Made by a program: the position numbers and the translations under genes. The notes under the pieces were generated by a model, which did not search any database, was not told the origin of the DNA, and saw only the letters and a program-made list of their open reading frames with translations. 64,000 bases of DNA, from the IMG/VR virus record IMGVR_UViG_3300021400_000104. The stretch is one strand, 5' to 3'. This DNA comes from an uncultured virus (IMG/VR IMGVR_UViG_3300021400_000104). Taxonomy: Duplodnaviria; Heunggongvirae; Uroviricota; Caudoviricetes. Of the stretch, positions 21,587-32,355 are shown in pieces. Numbering within the stretch: the first letter of the stretch is position 1; the number at the start of each line of letters is the position of its first letter.

Positions 21587-21601
21587 TTTAATTCCACAGT
21601 A

Positions 21602-21625
21602 ATAGGGGCAGGTAACTGCCCCTAT
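21602..21625 (+). terminator. Stem-loop (terminator or stabiliser)
   Basis: ATAGGGGCAG-gtaa-CTGCCCCTAT; weak U-tract. Confidence 0.5.
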
Positions 21626-21671
21626 AATTAAAATTAACTATTGATTTTCTTAATAAAGGAGTGTTTAATTA

Positions 21672-22562
21672 ATGTATGATGTAAATAAGTTGAGTACAAA
21701 TGAAATTTATGTAAGTGGTTTGTTAAAGGAACTTGAGATTGTTGAAGGTTAGACTACTGATGGAAGAGAATATGTCCGTGGGACTGCATCTGTATAGGTA
21801 GATTAGGAAATTGATGGGAAGATGGTAGAGAATATTATTCCTGTAAAGATGTTTGCTATGAAGTATAAGAATGATAAGTCTCCAAATCCAAATTATACAA
21901 GAATCCTTGGATATAAGGATTAGTTTACCTCTGCTGCCGCAGCGGAAGATGAAAGTAAGGCTTCTCGAGTAACTATTAGCGGCGCATAGGTTGAAGAGAA
22001 TGCATGGTATGATTCTAGAACTGATATTGTTCGTTCAGGTTTTCAGCTTAGCGGTAATTTTATTAATAAGCAAAAGGATTCTGACCGTGAAAAGGCAACT
22101 TTTAATTTATCAGGTGTTGTTGGAAAGATTCGTCCTGAAATTAACAGAGACGGAGAAGAGACTGGAAGAACTATTGTTGATTTTATTGTCATTACCTGGG
22201 GCGGCAAGGCCAATAAGATTGAGCTTATTGCGAAGGGTAGCGCGGCAGAGTTCATTTCCACTAATTGGAATCAGCAAGATACGGTTAATGTTACAGGCCG
22301 TATTAATATGACTCATAAGACTGAAGAGATTGAAATTGAGCAGGGATTCGGTGAGCCACTTGTTCAGACAAGAACTATCTCTTGCAGAGAACTTATTATC
22401 ACTGGTGGTTCCCCTAGTGGCCTCGAAGAGGCACTTTCTTATGATGCCGATTCTATTAAGCAAGCTCTTGCTGTAAGAGCAGCAAATCATGAAGCTCTAA
22501 AGAATAAGCCTTCTAATACTAAGTCTTCTAATAAGAATAAGCCCGTAGACTTTGGATTTTAA
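21672..22562 (+). CDS. Putative OB-fold single-stranded DNA-binding protein
   Basis: 296 aa with TAG read-through; beta-rich, C-terminal ...DFGF tail; lies just before the Sak4-like ATPase. Confidence 0.6.
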
Positions 22563-22606
22563 TCCAAAGTCTACTACTTAAATTCTTAGAATGGAGGGGT
22601 ATAATA

Positions 22607-23584
22607 ATGGCCATTGATTTACTTTCACTTGAGCCACAATAGATAAGTAAAAATCTTCGTGGTAAATATATAATGCTTTATGGACTACCTGGCGTTGGAA
22701 AGACAAGCCTTGCGGCCCAATTTGATAAAGTGCTTATTGCAGGATTTGAAATGGGTACCAATGCGTTAAATAATGTTTACGTTTAGCCAATTAAAACCTG
22801 GCAAGATTGGAAGCAAATGGTTAATTAGCTGTGTAGAAAGGACGAATTGAAGGAAAAGTTCCATGCAATTGCCATTGACACAGCAGATGAGGCTTGGTCG
22901 CTTTGTTCAAAATTTATTTGTAATTAGAATGGGGTAGATGAGCTTAGAGACCTCCCTTGGGGACAAGGTTATGATCTTGCAAAGAAAGAGTACGCTTAGA
23001 CTTTTAGAGATTTGGCATATAATGGATATGGATTAATTTTTACAAGTCATTCAACTGAAAAGACATATAAGGATGAAAAAGGGGAAGAATATACTATGAT
23101 TGTCCCAGCTCTTCCTGCTAGACCTTTTGATATTATCAATAAAATGGTAGATATTATTGCTTATATTCGTGAAATTTCTATTCCAGTTGGCGAAAATATT
23201 GAGCGGAAAAGATTTATGTTCTTAAGAGATGAAGTAGGAGATAGATTCTTAGCCAAGTCTCGTTATCAATATATTACACCAAGAATTTCACTTGACTATA
23301 ACTAGTTAGTAGATGCAATCTATAATGCAATTGATGAGGAAGTTTCTCATACTGGCGGTGTTGCGACTGAAGAAGTTAATCCTTATACACAGAAAGCTGA
23401 TTTTGATGAATTAATGGAAGAAGCAAAAGTATTATGGGGATAGCTTGTTCAAAAAGACTTACATAAAAAGGCAGCAGAAATTCTTGAACAGGAATTTGGT
23501 AAGCCAATTAAGTTTAGTGAAATATTGCCTGAATAGGTTGATATTCTAAGTAAAGTTCTCTATGAAATTAGATCTATGCTTTGA
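22607..23584 (+). CDS. AAA_24 / Sak4-like recombination ATPase
   Basis: Walker A GLPGVGKT, IAIDT, WGQGY, FTSH and VDIIAY motifs; multiple TAG. Confidence 0.8.
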
Positions 23585-23590
23585 CTATTA

Positions 23591-23618
23591 ATAAGGGAGG
23601 GCAACCTCCCTTATTTTT
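23591..23618 (+). terminator. Intrinsic terminator
   Basis: ATAAGGGAGG-gcaa-CCTCCCTTAT-TTTT. Confidence 0.7.
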
Positions 23619-23632
23619 GTAGGAGGATATAA

Positions 23633-24883
23633 ATGTTAAAAATTGTAGATACAAATATTCTTTTAGACTTCCCGCAAATACTTGATGAAGAAAAAGATAT
23701 AATAATTTTGGTAGAAGTTTTAAGAGAACTCGATGGATTGAAACTAAGTCAAAATTTTGAAACTTCTTTTAAGGCTCGTCGTGCGGCGGTAACAATTTCA
23801 CATCATTTAACAGATATAATTTTTAAGGATTGTTATGAAGAATTAAAAATAAGTGTTGATGATAAGTTACTTCTTTGCGCAGAAGATTGTTTTGGAGAGT
23901 TAATTACAAATGATGTTTATCTTAAAATAAAAGCACATATTAAAGGAATTAAAACTCGCGGTTATGGAAATTCTGAAAGTTATTCTGGAGTAAGAACTTT
24001 TTATTTATAGACAGATGAAAATCGCTATCATAAAGATTTAGATTTTATGATGAACCAACATTAGCTCCCAGATTCAAATATATTATTATATGAAAATGAA
24101 TTTGTTATTGTTAAAGATTTGAGTACACCAATTAAAGATAAATATGGAGAAAAAGACTATGAAACTTTAGCAACCTTTATTTATTCTAATGGCATGTTGA
24201 AAAATTTTTTTAATGGGCGCATTGAAAATAAATGGTTTAAAAAACCAATTATTCCTCGCAATCCGGAGCAGTCTTGCTTGTTTGAGGCGCTATCAGATAA
24301 AAATAAGACAATTATTTATGCTGGCGGCGGTTTTGGAACTGGAAAAAGTTATATATTGAATAATTTTGCCATATAGGAACTTGAAAAAGGAAGAATTAAA
24401 AAAATCGTTTATGTTCCTAATAATTCATATACAGAAAATACAATTGAGTTGGGGTCACTTCCAGGAGAACTATTGGATAAAACAATTGGACAAATTGGAC
24501 CTCTATTAGATTTAGTAGGTATAGATTAGGTTCAAGACTGGATGAGAACGGAATAGCTTGAAATCGTCCCTATGAGTTTTATTAGAGGAAGAAGTTTTTA
24601 GGACTCTATTATCATTGTAAATGAAGCATAGAATTTAACTGAAGATCATGTTAAACTTCTAATTGCACGCTGTGGAGAGGGATCAAGAATTTTCTTTGAT
24701 GGCGATTTTAAGTAGGCAGACAGTGCCATTTTTAGAAATAAAAATGGATTAAAGTTATTGCTCAATTTAAGAAAATCACCTATTTATTCTAAGATATTTG
24801 CTACTGTTAAATTAGTAACAATAGAAAGAAGTTTGACTGCACAAGCGTCGTCTTACCTAGATGATTTAACTGGCGGTATTTAA
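23633..24883 (+). CDS. phoH: PIN-domain PhoH-family protein (PhoH2-like)
   Basis: PIN motifs VDTNILL, ELDGLK, DD, ITND; PhoH motifs GGFGTGKS, LGSLPG, IRGRSF, NEA[Q]N, GDFK[Q]AD, NGL and RS. Confidence 0.9.
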
Positions 24884-24886
24884 TTA

Positions 24887-24916
24887 GGGCGGCACAGAAA
24901 TGTGCCGCCTATTTTA
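24887..24916 (+). terminator. Intrinsic terminator
   Basis: GGCGGCACA-gaaa-TGTGCCGCC followed by TATTTT. Confidence 0.7.
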
Positions 24917-24945
24917 TTGACTTTTTAAATCAGATATGCTATAAT
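24917..24945 (+). promoter_or_regulatory. Sigma-A-type promoter of the replication genes
   Basis: TTGACT-N17-TATAAT with extended TG. Confidence 0.8.
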
Positions 24946-24975
24946 AAATATAGGATTAAAGAAAAGGGTGATTAA

Positions 24976-25695
24976 ATGGCAAAAAAGTTAGATGAAAATA
25001 TAATTTAGCAAATTCCACTCTTATATAAAGAGCTTGGAGTAAAAAAGAAAGTTGCCGATACATTAGGTATTTCTGTATCTACAGTAACAAAATATTTGAC
25101 AATATATGAAGCCGCACCAGAAACAATTTATTAGAAAGAAAAGAAATGTCGAACAAAAATAACTGAAGAAATTATAAAACAAATCAATCAAAAATATTCT
25201 GAGTGTAAAAATATGAATTAGGTAGCAAGAGAATTAGATATTTCTCCATCTACAGTAAAAAATCATTTAACTGAAGAAAATCTCTATTTAATGAAAACTT
25301 AGAATAACGATAGAGATGCTCTTTGGTATTTTATTTATAGATTATTTGGTCAATTTTCAGACGATAAACCAGTTAGTGATTGGAATATTACTCAAATGTA
25401 GAAATTTAAAAAATAGGGTATGCCATATAAAGGACAATTATTAACACTAAAATATTTTTATGAAATAAAAAGAAATAATATAGAAAAGGCACATGGCTCA
25501 ATTGGAATTATTCCTTTTATCTATAAAGAAGCAGAACAATATTATATAAAACAAGCCAAAAAAGCTGATGAAATTAGCGAAGCTATTCAAAAACAATTAG
25601 AACAAGATAGAATTGAAATTAAATATAATCCGTCAGATTATATTGGACAAAAGAAAAAGAAAAAGATGATTGATATTAATAAGTTAGGAGAGTGA
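24976..25695 (+). CDS. Protein with two HTH motifs, upstream of the helicase
   Basis: VADTLGISVSTVTKYL and VARELDISPSTVKNHL; in frame with track ORF 25420-25695 across TAGs. Confidence 0.7.
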
Positions 25696-25700
25696 TACTC

Positions 25701-27392
25701 ATGGTTTCTGTTGATAGAAAAACCATTATTCAAGTTCTTGGAGGAATAATGGCAAAGCCAGAACTTCTGAGTGATATAGACAAATATTAGTTAGAGCCTT
25801 CAGACTTCTCTTAGTCACTCGATAAATTTATTTTTTCTGCAATTTATAATTTATATGTGGGTGGTGCAGAAAAAATTCATGCCATGGATGTCGATACTTA
25901 TTTAATGGAAAATGAAATTGCAAAAAATCTTATTGAAAAAGAAAACGGAGTTCAATTTTTATTAGATTGTGAAACACAAAGTGAACCAAATAATTTTCCT
26001 TATTATTATAGAAAATTTAAAAAATTAAATTTAATTCGTGAGCTTCAAAAAAAAGGATATAATATTGAAAAGATATATTCTGAAGATCCAATGGACGAAG
26101 GGCATTTTCAAATTAATGAAAAATTTGAAAAATTAAATACTGTAGATATTATTAACTCAATAAAAGGAGAAATTGCAGACTTAGAAAATCATTATGTTAT
26201 TAACACTTATGTAAAAGAAAGTCTTGCATATGATGGAATAAGAGAGTTAGTTGGGACATTAAAAACAAAACCTGAAGTTGGAGTAAGACTTCAAGGAGAT
26301 ATTTTTAATACTATTACTAGAGGGGGAAGAAAGGGGAAACTTTATTTAAGAAGTGCTGGCTCAGGAGTTGGTAAAACAAGAACGATGGTTGGAGATGCTT
26401 GTAATATAGCATATCCAATTAGATATGAGCCTAAATATGGAAAATGGATTTCAACCGGAAAACCTGAAAAAGTTTTATATATCATGACAGAGCAAGAGCC
26501 AGCAGAAATTCAAACTATGATTCTTGCTTATTTAACTGGATATAATGAAGAGTTATTTTTATACGGATCTTTTAAAGATGAACATATGCCACGCATTGCT
26601 AAAGCGCTTGATATTATGGAACAATATAAAGATAATTTTTTAACATCTCAAGTTCCTGACCCGTGCGCGTCAGTAATAAAAAATTTATTTAGAAAATATA
26701 ATCTTCAAAAAGGAGTTGAAAATTTTTTTTATGATTATATTTTCTCGTCTCCAGCGATGTTAAATGAATATAGAGATTTAGGGTTAAGAGAAGATGTTTG
26801 TTTAAGATTATTCACCACAGCTTTAAAAAATATTACGGTAGAATTAGATGTATTTACATTAACTGCAACCCAAATTAGTAATGATGATGGAGATGGATTT
26901 AAAGATTTTAAGAATATTCGTGGGTCTAAAGCAATTGTTGATTTGTGCGATTTCGCTTGTATTATGTCTCGTCCGTCTATCGAAGAGTTAAAAATTGTTA
27001 GGGGTTTTCCTAAATTATATGGTTTCTCTCCAGATTGCGTAACAGATATATTTAAAAATAGACGTGGACGATGGACTATGATTAGAATTTGGTCTAAAAT
27101 GGATTTGGGAGTTTGTCGTAGGTATGATTTATTTGTAACAACTCCAGACCTAAAAGCGATTAAAGATTTTTAGATTATAGATTTTGTTCAAGAAAAAGAT
27201 TAGGAGCTAATTGATTTAGAGCTTTATTATAATGAAGGAGAAGTAACTGATTTAATGGAACAACAGTTAATAGAAAATTTTTCTCCTAATATTGCTCCAG
27301 AATCTTTATTGGATGAAGTAAGTAAGGCTTTTGGTGACGCGCGTGAAAGAAAGGAGCAATTGAAGAATGTAGCTTTTGATGATTTACTATGA
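25701..27392 (+). CDS. dnaB: Replicative DnaB-like (SF4) helicase
   Basis: AGSGVGKT, MTE, FYDY, TATQ, RGSKAI and KNRRG motifs; its TGA overlaps the primase ATG after TAG read-through. Confidence 0.88.
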
Positions 27393-28450
27393 TTAATCTA
27401 AAAGATATTGAAAATAGTTTAACTTCTGAAAGAGTAATTGAGTTAGTTACTCAATTAGGAAGTGACGAATACATAGAAAGAGAAGATTATATCCAATTTA
27501 AAACTATTTGTCATAATGAAGATCCTGCTAATGCCAGTTTAAAATTATATTATTATAAAAAAAATAAAAAATTTCATTGTTATACAGATTGCGGAGATAA
27601 TTTTAATATCTTTGAGTTATTTAAAAGAAGATATGAGCTGCTTAATATTCCATATAATTTTTATAAAGATATTGTTTTAGTAATTGCAGGAGATTATTAG
27701 CCGGAAGAAAAAGAAGGATTTTATCAACCCTATAAATCAGATTATGATAAATATAACCAGAAAGAAACTAATATTTCAATCCCACATTTAAATCCATCTC
27801 TATTAAATGCTTTTTCTTATTATCCAACTACTGAATGGTTAAAAGATGGAATTAGTGAAGAGGCAATGAGGCGATTTGGGATAAAATATTCAATTAGCTA
27901 GAATAAAATAATTATTCCTCATTATGATGAAAATGGATTTTTAATTGGAATACGCGGCCGAGCACTTAATGATGAAGATATAGAAATTGGTAAATATATG
28001 CCCGTTTCTATTGAAGGGAAAATATATGCTCATCCATTAGGATATAATCTTTATGGATTAAGTTTTATTAAAAATAATATTCGTAGAAGTAAAATGGCTA
28101 TTGTGGCTGAGTCAGAAAAATCAGTGCTTCAATATGATACAATGTTTGGACATGATAAAAATATTTGCGTCGCAGCATGTGGAAGCAGCCTCCATTCATA
28201 TCAAATGGAATTACTATTAAAACTTGGAGTTGAAAAAGTTCTTATTGCATTTGATAAAGAAGGCGAAAATTACATTGAACGAGAAAAATATTATAAGAAA
28301 ATAAATCAAATATGTGGGCGATATAGCTTAAGATGTCAAATGGGTTATATTTTTGACCACAAAAATTTGTTAAATTTAAAAGATTCGCCAACGGATAGAG
28401 GGAAAGAAACATTTTTGAAATTATACAAGGAGGCTGTTTGGGTAAGATGA
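27389..28450 (+). CDS. dnaG: DNA primase (Zn-finger plus TOPRIM)
   Basis: ICHN...CYTDC Zn-binding region, IIIPH, GIRGR, LYG, AESEKS, FDKE and KDSP motifs; two TAG. Confidence 0.85.
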
Positions 28451-30198
28451 AGTACATTAGAAAGACAAGTCACGAGATAACAAGTGACTTTTTAATTGAA
28501 TTATTAAAAGATAGAAAGATTTTACCGGAAGATTAGGAGAGGCTATAGAATTTCTATCATCCAAATTTTAACTGTTTGATTAATCCACTTAAATTAGATA
28601 ACATGGAAAAGGCATATTTCTTGCTAATGAAACATTTACAGTAGGGATCTAGAATTTATCTTTGCATTGACTCTGATGTTGATGGCTATACATCTTCTGC
28701 ACTATTTTATAATTATCTTAATGACTATTTAAAAAAGGACTTTAATTTTACAATTGATTATCATATTCCAGAAGGAAAAGAGCATGGACTCCAAACTCTT
28801 ATGGATATTTTTACACCGAAGAAAAGATGGGATTTAATTGTCCTCCCTGATAGTTCTAGTAACGATTATGAAGAGCACATGATTCTTACTAAAATGGGGT
28901 ATGATATTTTAGTTCTAGATCATCACGAAGCAGATCGTTACAGTGAAAATGCAGTAGTAGTAAACAATTAGTTATCAAAAAATTATGAAAATAAAGCTCT
29001 TAGTGGAGTAGGCGTTGTTTATAAATTTTTTAGCTACATGGATTAGTGCCGCGGCACTGATTATGCAAAAGAATATATTGATCTTGTTGCACTTGGAGAA
29101 ATTAGTGATATGATGAATATGGAGACCTTAGAAAATAGATATTTTTGTTAGTATGGTTTAGAAAATATTACTAATAAGTTTTTTTCAGAATTAATTGAAA
29201 AGCAGTCTTTTTCTCTTGGGACTGGGCCACTAACTTAGATTGGAGTTGCTTTTTATATTACTCCTTTAATTAATTCCCTTATTCGAGTAGGTTCAGAATT
29301 GGAAAAAGAAAGATTATTTCAGGCTTTTATAACCCCGGATATTAAAGTTCCTTCGACAAAGCGAGGAGAAAAAGGATTAGAAGAAACTATTTGTACTTAG
29401 TCAGTTAGAAATTGCGTAAATGCGAAAGCTAGACAAAATAGGGAAAAAGATAAAGCAATTGATTTGTTAGACATTCAAATTATAAATAATGATTTGAACG
29501 AAAACAAAATTCTTATTCTCAATGCTGATGATATGGATATTCCTTATACACTAACTGGATTATGCGCAATGGGAGTTTCTGCTAATTATAAGAAACCGGT
29601 CATGCTAGGTAGGATAAGTAAGGACGGCTATTTACGTGGTTCTATTAGAGGGCGCGGCGAGTCAGAGTTAAAAGACTTTAGAAAGTTCTTGCTTGAAAGT
29701 GGGTTAATGGAATTCGTAGAAGGACATGGTAATGCCGCGGGCTTTGGTATTAAAGAAAGTAATATTGATAAGCTAATTGAATACTCTAATGAAAAGTTAG
29801 CAAATGTAAACTTTAATGAGGGTTTCTATGAGGCAGATTTCGTTGTTAAGGGTAATTGCTCTTACTTAAAGGACCTTATTGAAGATATGGATAGAGGAGC
29901 TAAACTTTGGGGGCAAGGTAATGAAGAGGCAATGATTGTTGTTGAGGATATTACTTTGCAACCTGGTGGTTATTCAATTATTGGAAAGAATAGTGATACT
30001 ATTCGTTTTGAATTTAATGGGATTACTTATGTTAAGTTTAAAGCAGCAGAACTGATTGAAGAACTCAAACAAAAGACTGGAAAATTATCCATTGTCGCGG
30101 CAGGCAAGGGGAAAATAAATGAATGGGGCGGATATAGGAAACCTCAGATTCTTGTTGATGAAATCGAAATTAAGGAATTGAATGACTATGATTTTTAA
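28447..30198 (+). CDS. recJ: RecJ-like DHH single-stranded DNA exonuclease
   Basis: DSDVDG, EHG, PDS, LDHH, LSGVGV, LGEISD, GSIRG and GHGNAAG motifs. Confidence 0.88.
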
Positions 30199-30218
30199 TA
30201 ACTGAAAGGAGTAAACAA

Positions 30219-30437
30219 ATGGACAGTCTGGATAAATGGTTTGAGGATACAGATAAAGCAATATCAGAATCTAAATATTTTTCTCGTGGAGTATTTTGGG
30301 AAATGGCATCGAAAGTTTTTTCTGGAAAATGTACTCCAGAGGAAGGGGCAAAAATAATTGAAGAAGATATGAGAAAAAATATCTTTAATAATATCGAAAA
30401 AGAAATAATGAATAAAATTAAGAAAGGAGAGATTTAA
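30219..30437 (+). CDS. Hypothetical protein
   Basis: Track ORF with an AAGGAG RBS. Confidence 0.6.
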   Translation: MDSLDKWFEDTDKAISESKYFSRGVFWEMASKVFSGKCTPEEGAKIIEEDMRKNIFNNIEKEIMNKIKKGEI

Positions 30438-30438
30438 A

Positions 30439-30639
30439 ATGGGAGAACTTTGCAAAAGAACTGAAGAGTGGAGAGTTAACGATGAACAGGAGGCAAAGTC
30501 GCTCATTGAAAAAGCTAAGGCAGATGAAAATGTCGAAGGATATGAGCTGAAGTCCTATAAGATGGTAAAGAAGGATAAGAAGAGCAAGGGTGAAGTGATT
30601 GAAGAATGGGTCGTTGTAACTCTTGTTAAACAATGGTGA
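30439..30639 (+). CDS. Hypothetical protein
   Basis: Track ORF with an AAGGAG RBS. Confidence 0.65.
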   Translation: MGELCKRTEEWRVNDEQEAKSLIEKAKADENVEGYELKSYKMVKKDKKSKGEVIEEWVVVTLVKQW

Positions 30640-30644
30640 ATCTA

Positions 30645-31385
30645 ATGGTGTATCAAGGTGGAAAATTTAAATAGTCTAAAGAAATTGCTCCAATTATAAA
30701 TCTTTGTATACAAGAGAACAATATAGAAGATTATTATGAGCCATTCGTAGGAGGAGCAAACATTTTAGATAAAATAATTTGTAAAAATTTATATGCTAAT
30801 GATATTGACGAAGATTTAATTTCTTTTTACAATTACATTAAAAATGGAGGAAAACCTGTTCTAACTGTATCAAAGGAAGAGTATCTTGATGCAAAAAATC
30901 ATCCAGAAAAGTATGAAAAATATTATTTAGGAAATATTAAATATATGTCTTCTTTTGGTGGGAAACCTTGGGGAGGATACGGCGGAATTGATAAACGTTC
31001 AGGAAAAAATCATTATTAGAGCAGTTTAACTAATTTTAACAAACAAATCCCTCAATTAAAAAGAACAAATTTTAGCACAGGAGATTATTCACAAATAAAT
31101 TATAAAAATAAATCTTTTATTTGTTGTGACCCTCCATATAGAAACACTACTGGATATAAAGGAATTTTATTTGATTATGAACGATTTGATAATTGGTTCA
31201 GAGAAATAAGTAAAAATCATTTTGTTATTTTATGCGAATATTCTGCCCCTAATGATTTTATTTGTTTTAAGGAAATAGGTGTTAAAAAAACTCTGGCCGC
31301 AATTGATAATAAAACAAAAGCCAAAGATTGCTTATGGTATACAGATGGTTTATTTAAAAACTGGTATGAAAGTCAATACCTATAA
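30645..31385 (+). CDS. Dam-like (D12 class) DNA adenine methyltransferase
   Basis: YQGGK, EPFVGG, ND and DPPY motifs; two TAG. Absent from the track. Confidence 0.88.
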
Positions 31386-31390
31386 AGGTA

Positions 31391-31419
31391 TTGACTTTTT
31401 ATATAGAATATGATATAAT
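31391..31419 (+). promoter_or_regulatory. Sigma-A-type promoter whose -35 lies inside a 13-bp-arm inverted repeat
   Basis: TTGACT-N17-TATAAT; the inverted repeat spans 31369-31398. Confidence 0.75.
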
Positions 31420-31503
31420 ATATATAGTAAAGAAAGAAGGAAAATATTATAAAACAATTTGTTATATATTACTTATTAATAGAGTCGAAAGGAGGTCGGT
31501 ATA

Positions 31504-32355
31504 ATGACTTATTGCGAAATTAATAATTATTATAAACAAATTTATGGGAAAGATTTTCCTCGTGCCACATTAACAAAATGGATAAAAGAAGGAAAAATTA
31601 AAGCAGAAAAAGGTAATAATGGTCGATATAATTATGATTTCGATAGTTTTGCTTTAATTATAAATAGTGATGAATATAAAAAAACTATAAAAGCTAAAAA
31701 AGAAAATCCTCTTGATTATATAAATACGACTAAAAATGAATTATTAATTACAGGAATTGTGCCACCAGAAGAAAAGAAAGAGGATTATAAAGGCACTTTA
31801 ATGTATTGCAAATGTTTAAGATGTGGGCGAGAAAACATTCAAATTCGGTTTTCATATCTAACTCCTAATGGCAATTATCATCAAGAAACTTGTGGTTGTG
31901 GTAGAAAAGAAAGGGCATTTTTAGCAAGCTCTCGCCCAGATTTGACTTCTGAACATCTTAAAATATTTGCTTAGGATTTTGAAAAGTTTTTATTGGTTCA
32001 TAAAATATTAAGTAAAAATACTGACAAATACTATTCTAATTGTCCTATTGAAGAATATGTTAATGCTTTAAAAACAATTTATTTTGATAAACAATTTAAT
32101 GCAATTTATAATTTTTGGTTAAAGCAAGACAGAAATAATACTTATTATGATTGGGCGAAGCCAAGCCTTGATCATAAAATTCCTAAATCTAGAGGCGGTA
32201 CAAATCATATTGATAATTTATAGGTGTTAACTGTTTTTGAAAATCTTTCTAAAAGAGATATGACATTTGATGAATGGAAAGCTTTTAAAAGCTTAACTCA
32301 TACTTCATCTGATTATTATATAGAAAACATTTTAAAGGAGGAAGAAAATGAGTAA
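31504..32355 (+). CDS. HNH endonuclease with N-terminal HTH and Cys-rich region
   Basis: TLTKWIKEGKI, CKCLRCG...TCGC and SLDHKIPKSRGGTNHIDNL[Q]VL...N..K motifs. Confidence 0.85.

Noticed and set aside
22545..22574. 14-bp-arm inverted repeat at the end of the SSB-like gene as a terminator
   Set aside because: No U-tract follows and the next gene has no separate sigma-A promoter; more likely an mRNA stabiliser or processing site. Function unresolved.
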